NCBI RefSeq assembly: GCF_006345805.1 | Contig: NC_043018.1 | Location: 1,054,001-1,118,000 of the forward strand | Source: Octopus sinensis | Lineage: Eukaryota | Length of the DNA: 64,000 nucleotides | Direction of reading: 5' to 3' | Shown here: positions 1 to 12,565 of the stretch, one piece after another | Layout: the number at the start of each line of letters is the position of its first letter | How positions within the stretch are numbered: the stretch's first letter is position 1 | Program-made: the position numbers and the translations under genes | Notes under the pieces: model-generated | What the model was told of the DNA's origin: nothing | Database searches by the model: none | What the model saw: only the letters and a program-made list of their open reading frames with translations

Positions 1-392
1 GTTATTTAGGTTTTGGGATGTATGTGTTAATTTGTCTGTGTGGGGAGGGAGTGGGTTTTGGTGTATATTGAGGTTATAAGTTAGTATAGGTATGTGTATA
101 AGTCGTGAGTTTGTGGTTTACGTGTGTGTATTTGTGTGAATGTTTAGGTTAGGGGGTTTACTTTATAGGTTTGTTATAGAGTTAGCAAAGGGAGATTTTA
201 TCGTTATATGTTTTTAAGAGTTTTGTTTTATCATGGTTTTTTTAGGGAATTCGTGGTAATTAGTCTATATTTTCGATATGGATTATATATAGGTTATATA
301 TGGATTATATACTTATATTTTTTCATTTATACTTTAATTATTTAAAAGTATTATTTTTATATTTTAAAATTTTGATTTTTTAGATTGGAAGT

Positions 393-435
393 CCACCTGA
401 AGATTGTCGATCAAGACAAGAAACGATTGTAGTGG
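393..435 (+). ncRNA. Minimal type I hammerhead ribozyme in the left pLTR
   Basis: CCAC-CTGAAGA-TTGTC(gatcaa)GACAA-GAAA-C(gatt)-GTA|GTGG: intact core, 5-bp stem II, 4-bp stem I, GUA cleavage triplet. Confidence 0.85.
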
Positions 436-622
436 CGGTTTTTTGACTATTTATTAAATTTTATGTATTGATTAAGTCTTTCCTTGTTTGTTTTGCAAAA
501 TAGTGGTTTTGTCTCAAATAATATTTTATAATATTTTACTATAAAATTGGATTTAATCCTAAATCTGATTTTTTTCCCTGTAAATTTGGATATATTCCCT
601 AATATTTATTATTTATATAATA

Positions 623-3176
623 TTGATAATTTTGTATATTGAGTGTAATACCTCAATTTCGCAAATTATGGATTTTACAGGTAAGATAGAACCGCTGTTT
701 TGGGATTCATCTTTGAAAGATATTCCTATTCCTTCTAGAAAGGAATTTATCTTGAAACTTGTTAATAATGTTAAAGATTTTATTTCTAGAATTAAATGGA
801 AAGCTTTTTACTATAATTTTTATTTATTTAATGATATTGATAGTAGGAATGATAATTATACCTCTAAATTAAATCTAGAAAGGAACCTCCATTTAATAAA
901 GAATTACAATTACTTGAAGATAGTATATGGAAGGTGGTAAAAAAATATTGAATTCCATAAATACCCAAATAGAAATAATGAATATTTAAGGAATTTAGCA
1001 ATTAAAATTAAAAAAAGATATGAGAAATATGGATAGTATTATAGTACAATCTGATAAAACAAGGAACTTATATAAATAGATGTTAAATTATATGATAAAC
1101 TATTAGGGAAAGAAATAATTAAAAAATATAAAATTGTTCCAGATGATATTCTTTATAATATTAATAAGGCCTCTAAAGTAGTAATGTTAAAATATGAGTT
1201 GGATAATAAAACTGAACCTTATGTACCTTTGCACCCCAGAATTACTCTTAAAGACCATAAAGATAATTTTTATTCAGACCCTAAAGTTAGATTAATTTGC
1301 CCATGTAAATCGGACCTAGGTAAATTAAGTAATTTATTTTAGATAAATATATTGATAAGTTAAATAAACTTAATTATTTAAAATTATGGTTTAGTAATAA
1401 TAATACATTGAAATGGTTTAATAATATTAAAGATAAAAATCGTTTAAATTTATTCAAATAGATATAGATAATTATTATTCTTCTATTAATGAAATTGTGT
1501 TTAATAAAGCGCTTATTTTCGCAATGAATAAAGTGGGCATGTCACGGGAAGAAGTTAATGTAATTAAATTGGCTAGGAAATCGCTAATTAAATTTAAAAA
1601 TAAATTATGGGCTGGAATGATACTAGAGATTGTTTTGATATACCTATGGGAGCACCAGATTCTGCACAGGCTACTGATTTAGTAGGTATTTTTTTTATCT
1701 GAACTCCAATTAGAAAATCTTAAGATAGAGGGTGGTTTATATAGAGACGATCTTCTACTAGTTACAAAGAATTGTACTAATAGGAATCTAGAAGTATATA
1801 AAAAAACTATATAGTTTCTTTAAAAGATATGGTTTACGTATTACTATATATAAGGAGAATTATAATGTTAATTATTTAGATGTTAATTTTAATCTTATTA
1901 CAGGTAAAACACAACCATATCATAAACTTAATGAGAACCTTAGATATATAAATGTTAATAGTAATCACCCATTTTCTATTAAAAAATCGTTGATTAATAA
2001 TATAAGTAAACGTATTTCATTACTCTCTTATGATATAGAGATTTTTAATAAACATGCTAATTATTATAATGAGGCCTTAGAGGGGCAGGTTATAATAAGA
2101 ATATTAAATTTTATAATATTAGCGATAATGATTTAAATGATAATTTTCGAGATACTTCTAATAATAATTATAATTTTGTTACGTTTAGTGGTAAAAATAA
2201 TAGATATTATAAAAAAAATAATAAAAATGATAAAAATATAAATAAGAATAATAATAATAATAATAAATATAATAATAATAATATAAATAAGAATAATATA
2301 AATAAAAATAAATTTAATAATTATTATAATAATTATATTGATAAATTTAATAATATTAATAATTCCTTAAATGCTGTACATAGATATAATTCTGATAATA
2401 ATTTTAATAAAATAAAGAATTATAAATATATTTATAATAATGATAATAATAATAAGGTTAATAAGAATAAAATTTGGTTAATAGTTCCTTATGGAGATCA
2501 AGTTAAAACGAATATTATTAAAGAGATTTTAGATGTTATAGAACTATTTATTAGAGATAATCGTAAATATAGAAACATTTTCTCTTTTAATAATTTTGGA
2601 GTTGGTTACTCTACCACTAATAATGTTGGTAACATTATTCTTCATTTAATAAATATAAACTGAATAATTTTTATAAAAAGAAATTATTTGATAATAATAT
2701 TAATAATGATAAGACTTATATAATTGTACATGTAGAGAGAAAATCTAATTGTATATTAAATAATAATTGTGATATTAACGATGTAGTGTATAAATGTATA
2801 GTTACATTACATGATAATAACTTTAAGAATAATAATTACACAAAAGCGGTTTATATAGGTTCTACTTCCTCAAAAATAAACTAAGAATTGCACAACATAT
2901 GAATTCTTTTAAAATAAAAACTTAATCAACTCAACCGGACTTAGTAAGTATATTTGGAGTCTTAAATCACTAAATATTAATTATAGTTTAATATGGGAAA
3001 TAATTTGTAAAACTAAATCATATAATATAGGAGCTAATTGTTGTTATTTATGCTCTAATGAGTTTAAAGAAATTTTATTTTATAAGTATGATAATTTACT
3101 TAATACTGGGGAGGAGCGCAAAATAAAATGTAGACACAAGTTACTTTACTTATATAATAAGTTTCATGATAAATAG
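623..3176 (+). pseudogene. PLE polyprotein (reverse transcriptase + GIY-YIG endonuclease) with several frameshifts
   Basis: N-terminal SSLKDIPIPSRKEFILKLVNNVKDFISRIKWKAF; RT motifs FIQIDIDNYYSSI (from 1449), FDIPMGAPDSAQATDLVG (from 1634), GGLYRDD (1731-1751), NYLDVNFNL, NSNHP; linker KIWLIVPY...VKTNI; Cys cluster NCTCR..SNCILNNNC; GIY-YIG VY (2786-2791)...YIG (2852-2860) in frame; C-terminal NCCYLC and KCRHK; stop at 3174-3176. These motifs resemble Naiad-type PLEs. Several frameshifts fall in homopolymer runs. Confidence 0.9.
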
Positions 3177-3769
3177 CAATAATAGTTCCCTTTTAGGTTA
3201 TTTTAGTTTAGTTTAAATTAGTTTAGATGATATATTTTTGGTTATGTTGTCTAGGATTTAATTATAGTTAGTCTTTATTGATATTTCTTTGTTTTAATTA
3301 GTTCATTTTAATGTATATTATTTAGCAGTTATGGTACGTTAAAACTTTAATAATTATATTAGATTTTTTTATTTTTTATTTTTTTTTTATTTATTTTATT
3401 TATTATGTATTTTTATTTTGCATTTGTTATATGTATTTTGAGGATATATTTATATGTTTTTGGGTGTTAATTAGTGGTGTTTTTATTGAGTTTTGTATGT
3501 ATGTGTGAATGTTTAAGATCCCTTTGTTTTTTGTTTTTTATTTGTATGTTGAATTGACAGATTTTATTGGGTATTGTCTTTTATAATAAAGTACACACCC
3601 ATAACAATTATAAGTGCCCACTTCATTCGTTGTACTTGGGTTTGCATGTGAGCCTCAGCATATGCACCTAACGGCCACTCCAGCCCCACATGGATAAATA
3701 AACACATACATCCCCTAAAAATAAAAAAAATAAAAAAAATAAAAAATGGGAGTAATCCCATTCACACCA

Positions 3770-5800
3770 ATTATATGTATACAATTTAACACATTGAATA
3801 ATACATACTAGCCCTAATATACAGAACATACTAATAATCACCAACTAACCCATCACAAATGAAACCCACACCCATACAATGACAAAACTCCCCCATACCC
3901 ATTACACCTACATAGTAATCCCAATATATTCTTCCATACATGGACGCAAGTGCGTGGCACATGAACATAATTAGTACGTACAACCCCTAATACACACTAA
4001 TATATACGTATCAAGCTCGACCTCCACAGTGATAAGTTTACACACAATCACACCCAGATGGGTGAATTGCACAACCAGTGAATGCTCACACATACGGGCG
4101 TGATTACATTGTTGCATATATCGAGCCAAAATAGTAGTATGCATATGTACATGTGAGGGGTACACGTAAATGAAGTGAGCGTGTACCCCCTGTATTTATA
4201 CCCGTGCGTGAATATACACATGGAGACTACCACACAGGTACAAATGTGTTTAGAAATGGGAGCCCCATCACTACACTTAATGTATACTCTCACCCATCCG
4301 CACGGATGTGTAAGTGTATCTCCGGTGTATATGTTGAGGCTTATATGTAGAGTTGTTGAAGGGAACGTCGTTGAAATTGTGAATGAATGGGTAGAGTTGG
4401 GAATTGTAACCGGGTGGTGGACTAGTGTTGCTTGGAATTGTGAATGGATTAGGGTGGTAATGAGGTAGGCATTGAGTTTGGGTTACTGTAAGTTGTTTGT
4501 TAGAGTTGCTAGGGTGAGCTAAAGCTCATAAATGTATATATTTGATTTTTCATGATAGTTTTTAAAGAATCCATTCATAATAAATTTTTTTTAAGTAGCG
4601 TTGGTTTGCTACGTGGAAATAGTTTTTAGTTCCATTTATTATATTTCTCCATTCATACTATGAATGACGTTTACTTTCTATGGCGCGTATTCTTTTTTTA
4701 CATTAGTTATTTCCATGGTAACGTAATTTTTTTGGTTTTTTAACGGCTAAGAATCTAATTTCACTTCATAATTTGTAACTGAATTGTAAGTATGTATTTG
4801 ATTTATCCTTATGTCATAATGTTATTTTTGATATTCTGGTTAATTACGATGTATTTATTGTTGTTTTCATAAGAGTGTTTATGTATATGAGATTGGTTGT
4901 GAGTTTTTAATTGTATAATTAATTTATTTATCTGTATGAGTGTGGGTGTAAATATTGTTGTATATATCGAGTTTTAGTGAGTATGTATATGCGTATATGT
5001 GAGGGAGCATATGTATCTGTTGTGTGTGTGTGTTTGCGTGTGTGTGTGTTTGTGTGTGAATGTGTATTTGGGTTTGTTATTTAGGATTTGGGATGTATGT
5101 GTTAATTTGTCTGTGTGGGGAGGGAGTGGTTTTTGGTGTATATTGAGGTTTATAAGTTAGTATAGGTTTGTGTATAAGTCTTGGGTCTGTGGTTTACGTG
5201 TGGGTTTTTTGTGTGTGAATGTTTAGGTTAGGAGGATTGCTATATAAGTTTGTTATAGGTTTAGCAAAGGGAGATTTTATCGTTATATGTTTTTATGAGT
5301 TTTGTTTTATCATGGTTTTTTTAGGTAATTCGTGGTATTTTGTCTATTTTAGGTGTTGGTTATTTTTTTACATTGTTTCATTCATAATTTTGAGTGGTGT
5401 TCGTTTTGCCACGTGAATAACCGGGTGGTGGACTAGCGTTGCTTGGAATGTGAATGGAATAGTGTAGTAGTGAGGTAGGCATAGAGAATGGGATTGGGTT
5501 ACTGCAAGTTGTTTGTTAGAGATGCTAAGGTGAGTTAAAGCTCATAAATGTATATAATGTTTTTTGTGGGTGTGTAAGTATTGTTGTATATGTGGAGTTT
5601 AGTGAGTATGTATAGGCGTATATGTGAGGGAGTATATGTATCTTTTGTGTGTGAGTGTTTTGCGTGTGAGTGTGTGTTTTGTGTGTGAATGTGTATATGG
5701 GTTTGTTATTTAGGTTTTGGGATGTATGTGTTAATTTGTCTGTGTGGGGAGGGAGTGGGTTTTGGTGTATATTGAGGTTTATAAGTTAGTATAGGTATGT
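3770..5800 (+). repeat. Internal direct duplications in the PLE 3' region
   Basis: ~4410-4535 recurs at ~5420-5555; ~4950-5340 recurs at ~5575-5960; ~3770-4345 is a transition-diverged paralogue of ~4770-5165. Confidence 0.75.
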
Positions 5801-6100
5801 GTATAAGTCGTGAGTCTGTGGTTTACGTGTGTGTATTTGTGTGTGAATGTTTAGGTTAGGGGGTTTACTTTATAGGTTTGTTATAGAGTTTAGCAAAGGG
5901 AGATTTTATCGTTATATGTTTTTAAGAGTTTTGTTTTATCATGGTTTTTTTAGGGAATTCGTGGTAATTAGTCTATATTTTCGATATGGATTATATATAG
6001 GTTATATATGGATTATATACTTATATTTTTTCATTTATACTTTAATTATTTAAAAGTATTATTTTTATATTTTAAAATTTTGATTTTTTAGATTGGAAGT

Positions 6101-6143
6101 CCACCTGAAGATTGTCGATCAAGACAAGAAACGATTGTAGTGG
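6101..6143 (+). ncRNA. Minimal type I hammerhead ribozyme in the right pLTR
   Basis: Identical in sequence to 393-435. Confidence 0.85.
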
Positions 6144-6235
6144 CGGTTTTTTTGACTATTTATTAAATTTTATGTATTGATTAAGTCTTTCCTTGTTTGT
6201 TTTGCAAAATAGTGGTTTTGTCTCAAATAATATTT

Positions 6236-6293
<58 letters not shown>

Positions 6294-7039
6294 TATGTAT
6301 GCATATATATGTGCAGCTATGTTTGTGTGTACCTAAATATAGGTGTGAGATAGGGAGAGAAAGAGTTTCATGACTTCAGTTCTGAAAACTTATAACAGTT
6401 TTCGAGTATAGTTATTTTAATCCTTATTCGTATCGTTTTGCATAAGTGTGTCTTCATGCGTTTGCGTGAGTGTCTCCGGGTATGTCTGTATGTATACTTA
6501 TGTATATAAACGTATGCGTGCTTCGATGACGCCCACGAAAAAGCTGTAGATTTGCCAAGGGCAATTTCAAATTGCAAATACCTGCGATGCAGCCTTGCTG
6601 TTTACGAGCGTATTTCCTAATGACATTTGTAGATTAATATTAGTCGGAAACTGGACATGTTGGCAAAATATTGGATGTAAAATTCTTGAAATAGAAGTTC
6701 AAGGCTAATATTTCCATATTTTTCTGAAACGACTAATACAAAATAGCACTGCATATATTCGCAGATCAAATAATATAGTTTTCCTTTATTGATTTAACTT
6801 TGTGTTTTGTTTAGGACTTAGTTCAATGTGCGTTATTGTGAGAAAAGTGTTATTCAATAATAAAGTGACAAATAAATATGAAAAATAATTCCAATACACA
6901 CTGAAGTAGTGTATGTCTGTTATGATGATTGTGTCTTACTTGATTATGAGAATATTCTAGAAGCATCATAATAAGTGATATTTATTTAAACTTTTTTTCT
7001 ATTTTGATGGTTATGTTGCTGTTAATTATTTATTTATTT

Positions 7040-7268
7040 ATTCGCCCTTTGGAAGATTAGCCAGGCTCATGAGGCCGGTTTTCCGGTTTCTATGGCGTAT
7101 GTGTTCCCCCCAGCTAGATTGGACGCCATTCCATCGCAGCGTTACTCAAGACACAGGAAGAGAGTGAGAGATAAAGTTGTGGCGAAAGAGTACTACAGGG
7201 GTTGCCACCACCTCCTGCCGGCGCCTCGTCGAACTTTTTTGGTATTTTCGCTCAATAAACACACACAA
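7040..7268 (-). mobile_element. SINE family B body with an alternative 3' tail, head missing
   Basis: Shares gctcaataaacacacacaac and aaagttgtggcgaaagagtac with the family B copies at 32417, 40638 and 46686, but the 3' part differs. Confidence 0.7.
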
Positions 7269-7454
7269 CTATTGTGTCTACTACTACCACCACTACTACT
7301 ACAACTACTACTTCTACATCTCTTATTTCTCTCACAGCTACAACTGACAGAAACAAATGTCACAAGGACATTAATAGCAATGGCGGTAATAGTTAAGACC
7401 AATAGAAATTACAATAGCAGTCACGTCGACAGAAGTACCAGCATTGCTATTAAT

Positions 7455-7622
7455 GGCTAGAAATTTTGAAGAGAGGAGGCAAGTCGGTTTCATATGGCAC
7501 CGTTGTTAAAATGACGCTTATTTCATCGACCTGGAATCGATGAAAGCAAAGTCTGGGAATCGAAACTGCGATGCTCCGACCGCGAGTCCGCTGCCCTAAC
7601 CACTGCGCCATTGCGCCTCCAC
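7455..7622 (-). mobile_element. Chimeric SINE: family B tRNA-like head joined to a family A-like central domain
   Basis: 7553-7622 matches the family B head. The adjacent minus-strand gactttgctttcatcgattccaggtcgatgaaataag resembles family A gactttgcctttcatcctttcggggtcgataaattaag. Confidence 0.55.
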
Positions 7623-8214
7623 TCTGTTAATTATATCAGCTAGATAAAGGCGACGAGCGGACACGCCTGGAGAAATACCTAGCTTTATTTTGTCCGTCTT
7701 TATGTTCTGAGTTCAAATTCCGCCGAGGTAGACTTTGCTTTTTATACCATTCGATCTAGTAAATGGTGGCATTTAGAGATTCTAACAATTCGGATGCATT
7801 TGTGCCAGTGAGGGTAATTTGATGAGGAAACAAAATACAAAAATACAAAACAAGTCCTTTAACATGAATCTCATTACCACCATTTACCCTGAAGCGGAAT
7901 CAAAATGTATACCTGTGAACACACACCTATTATTCTAATTCAAGGAGTTGTGCCTTGCATTATTCCATGTCCACTCGGACAATAAACGATTTTTGTTATA
8001 CTCAATCTTCTACATTAATCTTTAAAATGTGCCCTTCGGGACTAGTTACAAAGATGAATGGAAAGTATCGTTAATGACGCCTGACAGCCATAAGTGGTGA
8101 ATCTGTTCCGCAGAGGTACAAGCTGGGACATTCGCTGAAATAAGGTTTGGAAACTGCATTTAACGTCTACATTCAAATCTTTAATTTTCTTTAAATTCAA
8201 ATTAAATTTATGCA

Positions 8215-8226
8215 TATCTATCTATA

Positions 8227-8317
<91 letters not shown>

Positions 8318-8380
8318 ATATCTATCTATCTATATATCTATCTATCTATATATCTATCTATCTATATCTATCTATCTATC

Positions 8381-8453
<73 letters not shown>

Positions 8454-8754
8454 ATCTATCTATCTATCTATCTGTATAACTATCAATCTATCTATCTATC
8501 TATCTATCTACGATCCCTATTGATCGTTTTTTTCCTCTTCCCCTTTTTCCTCTTTTTTCTTCTTTTTTCATTTTTCTCTTCTTTTGTTCCTTTTCTCTTT
8601 TTTTCTTTTTTTCTTTTTTTTTTGTTCTTTTTTCCCTTTTACGATCCCTTTTGATCGAAAACCTACGCCACCTTTTTTTTTCTCCCCCAAAAGAAAAGCT
8701 CTACCTTCTAACTTGTCCCATCTGTGTGCAGCCCTGTCTGGCCAATAAAGAAAC

Positions 8755-8850
<96 letters not shown>
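8215..8850. repeat. (TATC)n microsatellites (8215-8510, 8755-8850)
   Basis: Direct reading; source of the YLSI-repeat ORFs. Confidence 0.97.
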
Positions 8851-9774
8851 GTGCGCGTGTGTGTGTGCGTATATGTGTGTTTATATTCGTATGTATCAGT
8901 GTGTGCATCTCAATTCTTATGACTGTTTGTGTGTAGACAGCTGAGAAATTGGCAACATTGCTTCAGCTCTCCAAGACACGCTCGTTAATTGAATCGGGCA
9001 CTTCACGTTCTCAGCACAAATATTGCATATGTTAACTTTACCATTCGTTGTTTTCGTGTCCGGGAGCATAAATAATCAATAATTGAGATCCATTCTTTAG
9101 AGTCAATTTGTTGGTTTCTTGAAATACACTTTAGATAGAGCGTCCTCCTACATATGGAGTTTTTGCTTCGTCTCGAATGACACAATACTATTAATTATAT
9201 ATATATAAAACATTTTCTTGCTGACAATATTACATACGCATTTACAAACTCAGCTAAACATACGCAAACTTACTCACGAAATTTGTCATTCAGGCACAGA
9301 CATATGCACAAATTCTTTCCGAATGTAGACCCATAAAAAGTGATAAAGAAATTGTAAGCAAAAAAAAAAAACCAAAATGGTGCACATGAAGTTATGGGCG
9401 TATAAGAGGCATTTAACGAGAAAAAGTTGTGACACAAAATACACGTCACCAACACGAACACAAACCGATGTCTTTTGAGGATGGGAAGCTGTTTGCAGCA
9501 GTTTTATTGAAGACAGCCACAAGGATTTATGACATTCTTCCAGACAAGTCGATTCTCTCTACTTATTCTCTTATTTTATTTTATTTATTCCAATCTTGGT
9601 TATACTGTTTATCTCTTCTTCGTTTCTCTTTATCCGCCTCTTCACGGGTTTCTTCTCCCCCCACCTCACCCGTTTCTTTTTAAAATACGTACAACAATAA
9701 AGTATTACTTGAAATAAACTTCTGTAAATATGTCATAAAATATATTTTACTCAACAAGATTCAGCGTTTGTATT

Positions 9775-9822
9775 GACATTATATATATATATATATATCT
9801 ATATATATATATATTATATATA

Positions 9823-9877
<55 letters not shown>

Positions 9878-10131
9878 GAGATAGAGAGATAGATAGATAG
9901 ATATACTTATATATATATATATATACATTTCTATATACATATATACACATATGTATATATATACTTATATATATATATAATATATATATATATATATACA
10001 CATATATATGCGTATATATTACCTATATATATACATTTATATATACACACACATATATATATATATACATATATATATACATATATATATATATACATAT
10101 ATATATATATGCATATATATATATATATACT

Positions 10132-10167
<36 letters not shown>

Positions 10168-10260
10168 ATATATATACTTATATATATATATACTTATTTA
10201 TACATACAGATACATGCACACATATATATATATGAACATACATATATGCACATACCTCTA
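9775..10260. repeat. (TA)n-rich microsatellite field
   Basis: Direct reading. Confidence 0.97.
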
Positions 10261-10578
10261 TATATTTTAGATTTTCTATTGACAAATTTATTCGAGTTGA
10301 TCTTATCTTTATACTTATCAATTCGTTGATCACACATTTAGTGTTTATTTTATTTTCATTGGTAAACATTCGACTGCTAGACTTTCTATATATTTGCCTG
10401 TTTCTCTGACTGCATAGCTGGATGGATGTCTGCATGGCTCATTCGCTGGAAGAGAGGTTTTTTTTTCACCATTTTAGATTTTATCTGATTCTAGATCTAC
10501 ACTTCTGTATATATATGAACGTGACGTGTGTGTATGTGTATGTTACGCTTTTAGATGTGTGGAAATTTGTGTTTTGAA

Positions 10579-10609
<31 letters not shown>

Positions 10610-10665
10610 AGATGTTCTTTTAGACAATTTTTGAAAATACCATTACGTACTGCCTATATTCTTAC

Positions 10666-10909
10666 ATTTAGTATATTTGTTGTAGATTGTATGGTTGCGA
10701 AAGCATTTGTAAATCCAACGTCGAATGTTCTAGTTTTTCTCAGTCTCATCTTCAGAATGGAGTATATTTTGGTTGTTGCTATTTTATCGGAAGTACCAGA
10801 ATTGAATCTTATGTAGATATCGATTTCAAATTTTAAGACTTCTTCAACATAGCTTCCAGTATCTGCTGGTATTGTTGCTGTTTCAACTGTACCACGCGAG
10901 CCAACAAAT
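10666..10909 (-). CDS. Candidate internal coding exon of an unidentified host gene (weakly SEA-domain-like)
   Basis: AG at 10911-10910, then 1 nt plus 81 stop-free codons (FVGSRGTVETATIPADTGSYVEEVLKFEIDIYIRFNSGTSDKIATTKIYSILKMRLRKTRTFDVGFTNAFATIQSTTNILN), ending at a GTAAG donor (10665-10661). The polypyrimidine tract is poor. Confidence 0.45.
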
Positions 10910-11243
10910 CTATGTTAATTTTTTTTTTTTTGGGGGGGGGGTCGTACAAAAAAAAAAATAATAATTAACCGTCTTACACGAGCTTCGAATATCTCATCGC
11001 CACTTTTCTATCTTGCCACAGGTTGGTATATATAAATTATGCAGTGGAGGTTTAATCAATGTGTTCACTCGACGTACACTGCTCGTCGAGCCGTAGTTCG
11101 AGACAAGCTCAGACACAAACACACACACACGCACACACACATAGACGCTGCGATGAATATATTGTCGTCTAAAACGTTCTCTCCACTACTAATCGACCTC
11201 TACTCTTTACAAGTGTATTCTCTTATAATATATTCTATATTCC

Positions 11244-12028
11244 GTCAGGGGTGTCAATGACTAGCCACATCAGCATGTATAAATATTTTCATATATTTCG
11301 CCTAGAGTGTTCTACTGATGAAGGAAGAGAAGACTCTCTCCTTGTTTAATTCGGTGAATTCTGCCATAATCCTTGCCTTCAGTCCATCTTTGACGTTACA
11401 AGGAGTGTTGTTGGTCTCTCACTCAACTGCACTCCACACATATTAATCAAGGTGTTTGCAGTCTAGAGACTTTGATGGCCAGATGCTAGGGGTGATGTGA
11501 TCCCAGGAATCGTCTGACAGCCACAATTGGGATCTTCTGCTTGTGTGACATAGGGCAGATTCCTGTTGCCTGATATAGGATCTTACAGAAAACGTGCTCC
11601 TCATCTACGGCAGCACTATCTCCCCCAGGCACTTCATGTAGGTCTCCGTATTAAGTTTGAATCCCTGTGGAAAGATGAACGGAGGCATAATGTTGCACTC
11701 ACTGGTGATCACTCCAAACACCATTGTTGACTGGATGTTTGATTTTTATCACTCTCGGTACGTATCCTGAGATGGCAGTGTCCTCAAACTGTCACCACAA
11801 ACACTTTGAAATGTTCGTATTGGAGCTTCTGGCGTGAATGTCAAACAGCACATCATGTCGTTTCTGTATTTATTGCAGAGTGAAATCCGTCATAGGGTTG
11901 GGTTTTTTTCTCACAGATGGTGCCCAGCTGATCATACTATACTCTATAGTCGACAAAATCAAAAACAGACAATGCGCATGCGCGAAATTAAAAACATAAA
12001 ATGGCGATAATTTACCCATCGCACCTTG
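11244..12028 (-). mobile_element. Internally deleted Tc1/mariner-superfamily transposon (maT/DD37D-like)
   Basis: Left end TA-CAAGGTGCGATGGGTAAATTATCG. Minus-strand translation MVFGVITSECNIMPPFIFPQGFKLNTETYMKCL...RQQESALCHTSRRSQLWL...IWPSKSLDCKHLD*YVWSAVERE, with the third catalytic residue D as in DD37D elements. Contains stops. Confidence 0.8.
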
Positions 12029-12518
12029 TATACATCTATAAAAATATATATGGTAGCCTTTCAGTTTTACCTTCAACCAAATCCACTAACAAAACTATGG
12101 CAGGCCCGGGGCTGTAGTGAAAATATGTTCACCCGAGTTGTCACGCAGTGAGACTGAGCCCAGAACCATATGGTTGACAAGCAAGATTCTTACCAGTCTG
12201 TCATAGCTGCTGATGTCTACTGAATATGATAATGTGAAAAACAATATTCTTGCCTTTACACTCTGATTAATAATTTCTACTCTAGGCACAAGGCCAGTCG
12301 GTTATAGGAGGGAAAAATCTACCTTCTATAAAATTTAAATTTGGTTTACTATTGTGGAAAACGTGTGTCTGATGAATATTAATTAATGTCTATCTATCTA
12401 GGTCGATATTTTCGACCAAAGGCGTCACTCCATCATGGCCGTGGTCAAGTAAAGGAAAGGAATATATTTATAACCCTATCTATCTACCTATTCCTCCCTC
12501 TCTCTTTATATGTGTCTG

Positions 12519-12565
<47 letters not shown>

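Larger units (their letters stand above)
1..6238 (+). mobile_element. Penelope-like retroelement (PLE), pLTR-ORF-3'UTR-pLTR, probably Naiad-type
   Basis: 1-~534 is repeated almost identically at 5705-6238 (direct pseudo-LTRs, each carrying a hammerhead motif). An RT+GIY-YIG coding region lies between them. The right end abuts (TA)n. The left end is cut by the window edge. Confidence 0.92.

Noticed and set aside
2715-3140. Selenocysteine recoding, reported for some Naiad PLEs
   Set aside because: The conserved Cys positions read here are TGT/TGC; no in-frame TGA was seen at them.
3740-3990. A/C-rich tract as an inversion or a mitochondrial insert
   Set aside because: It aligns better in direct orientation with ~4770-4900; no mitochondrial gene or tRNA was recognised.
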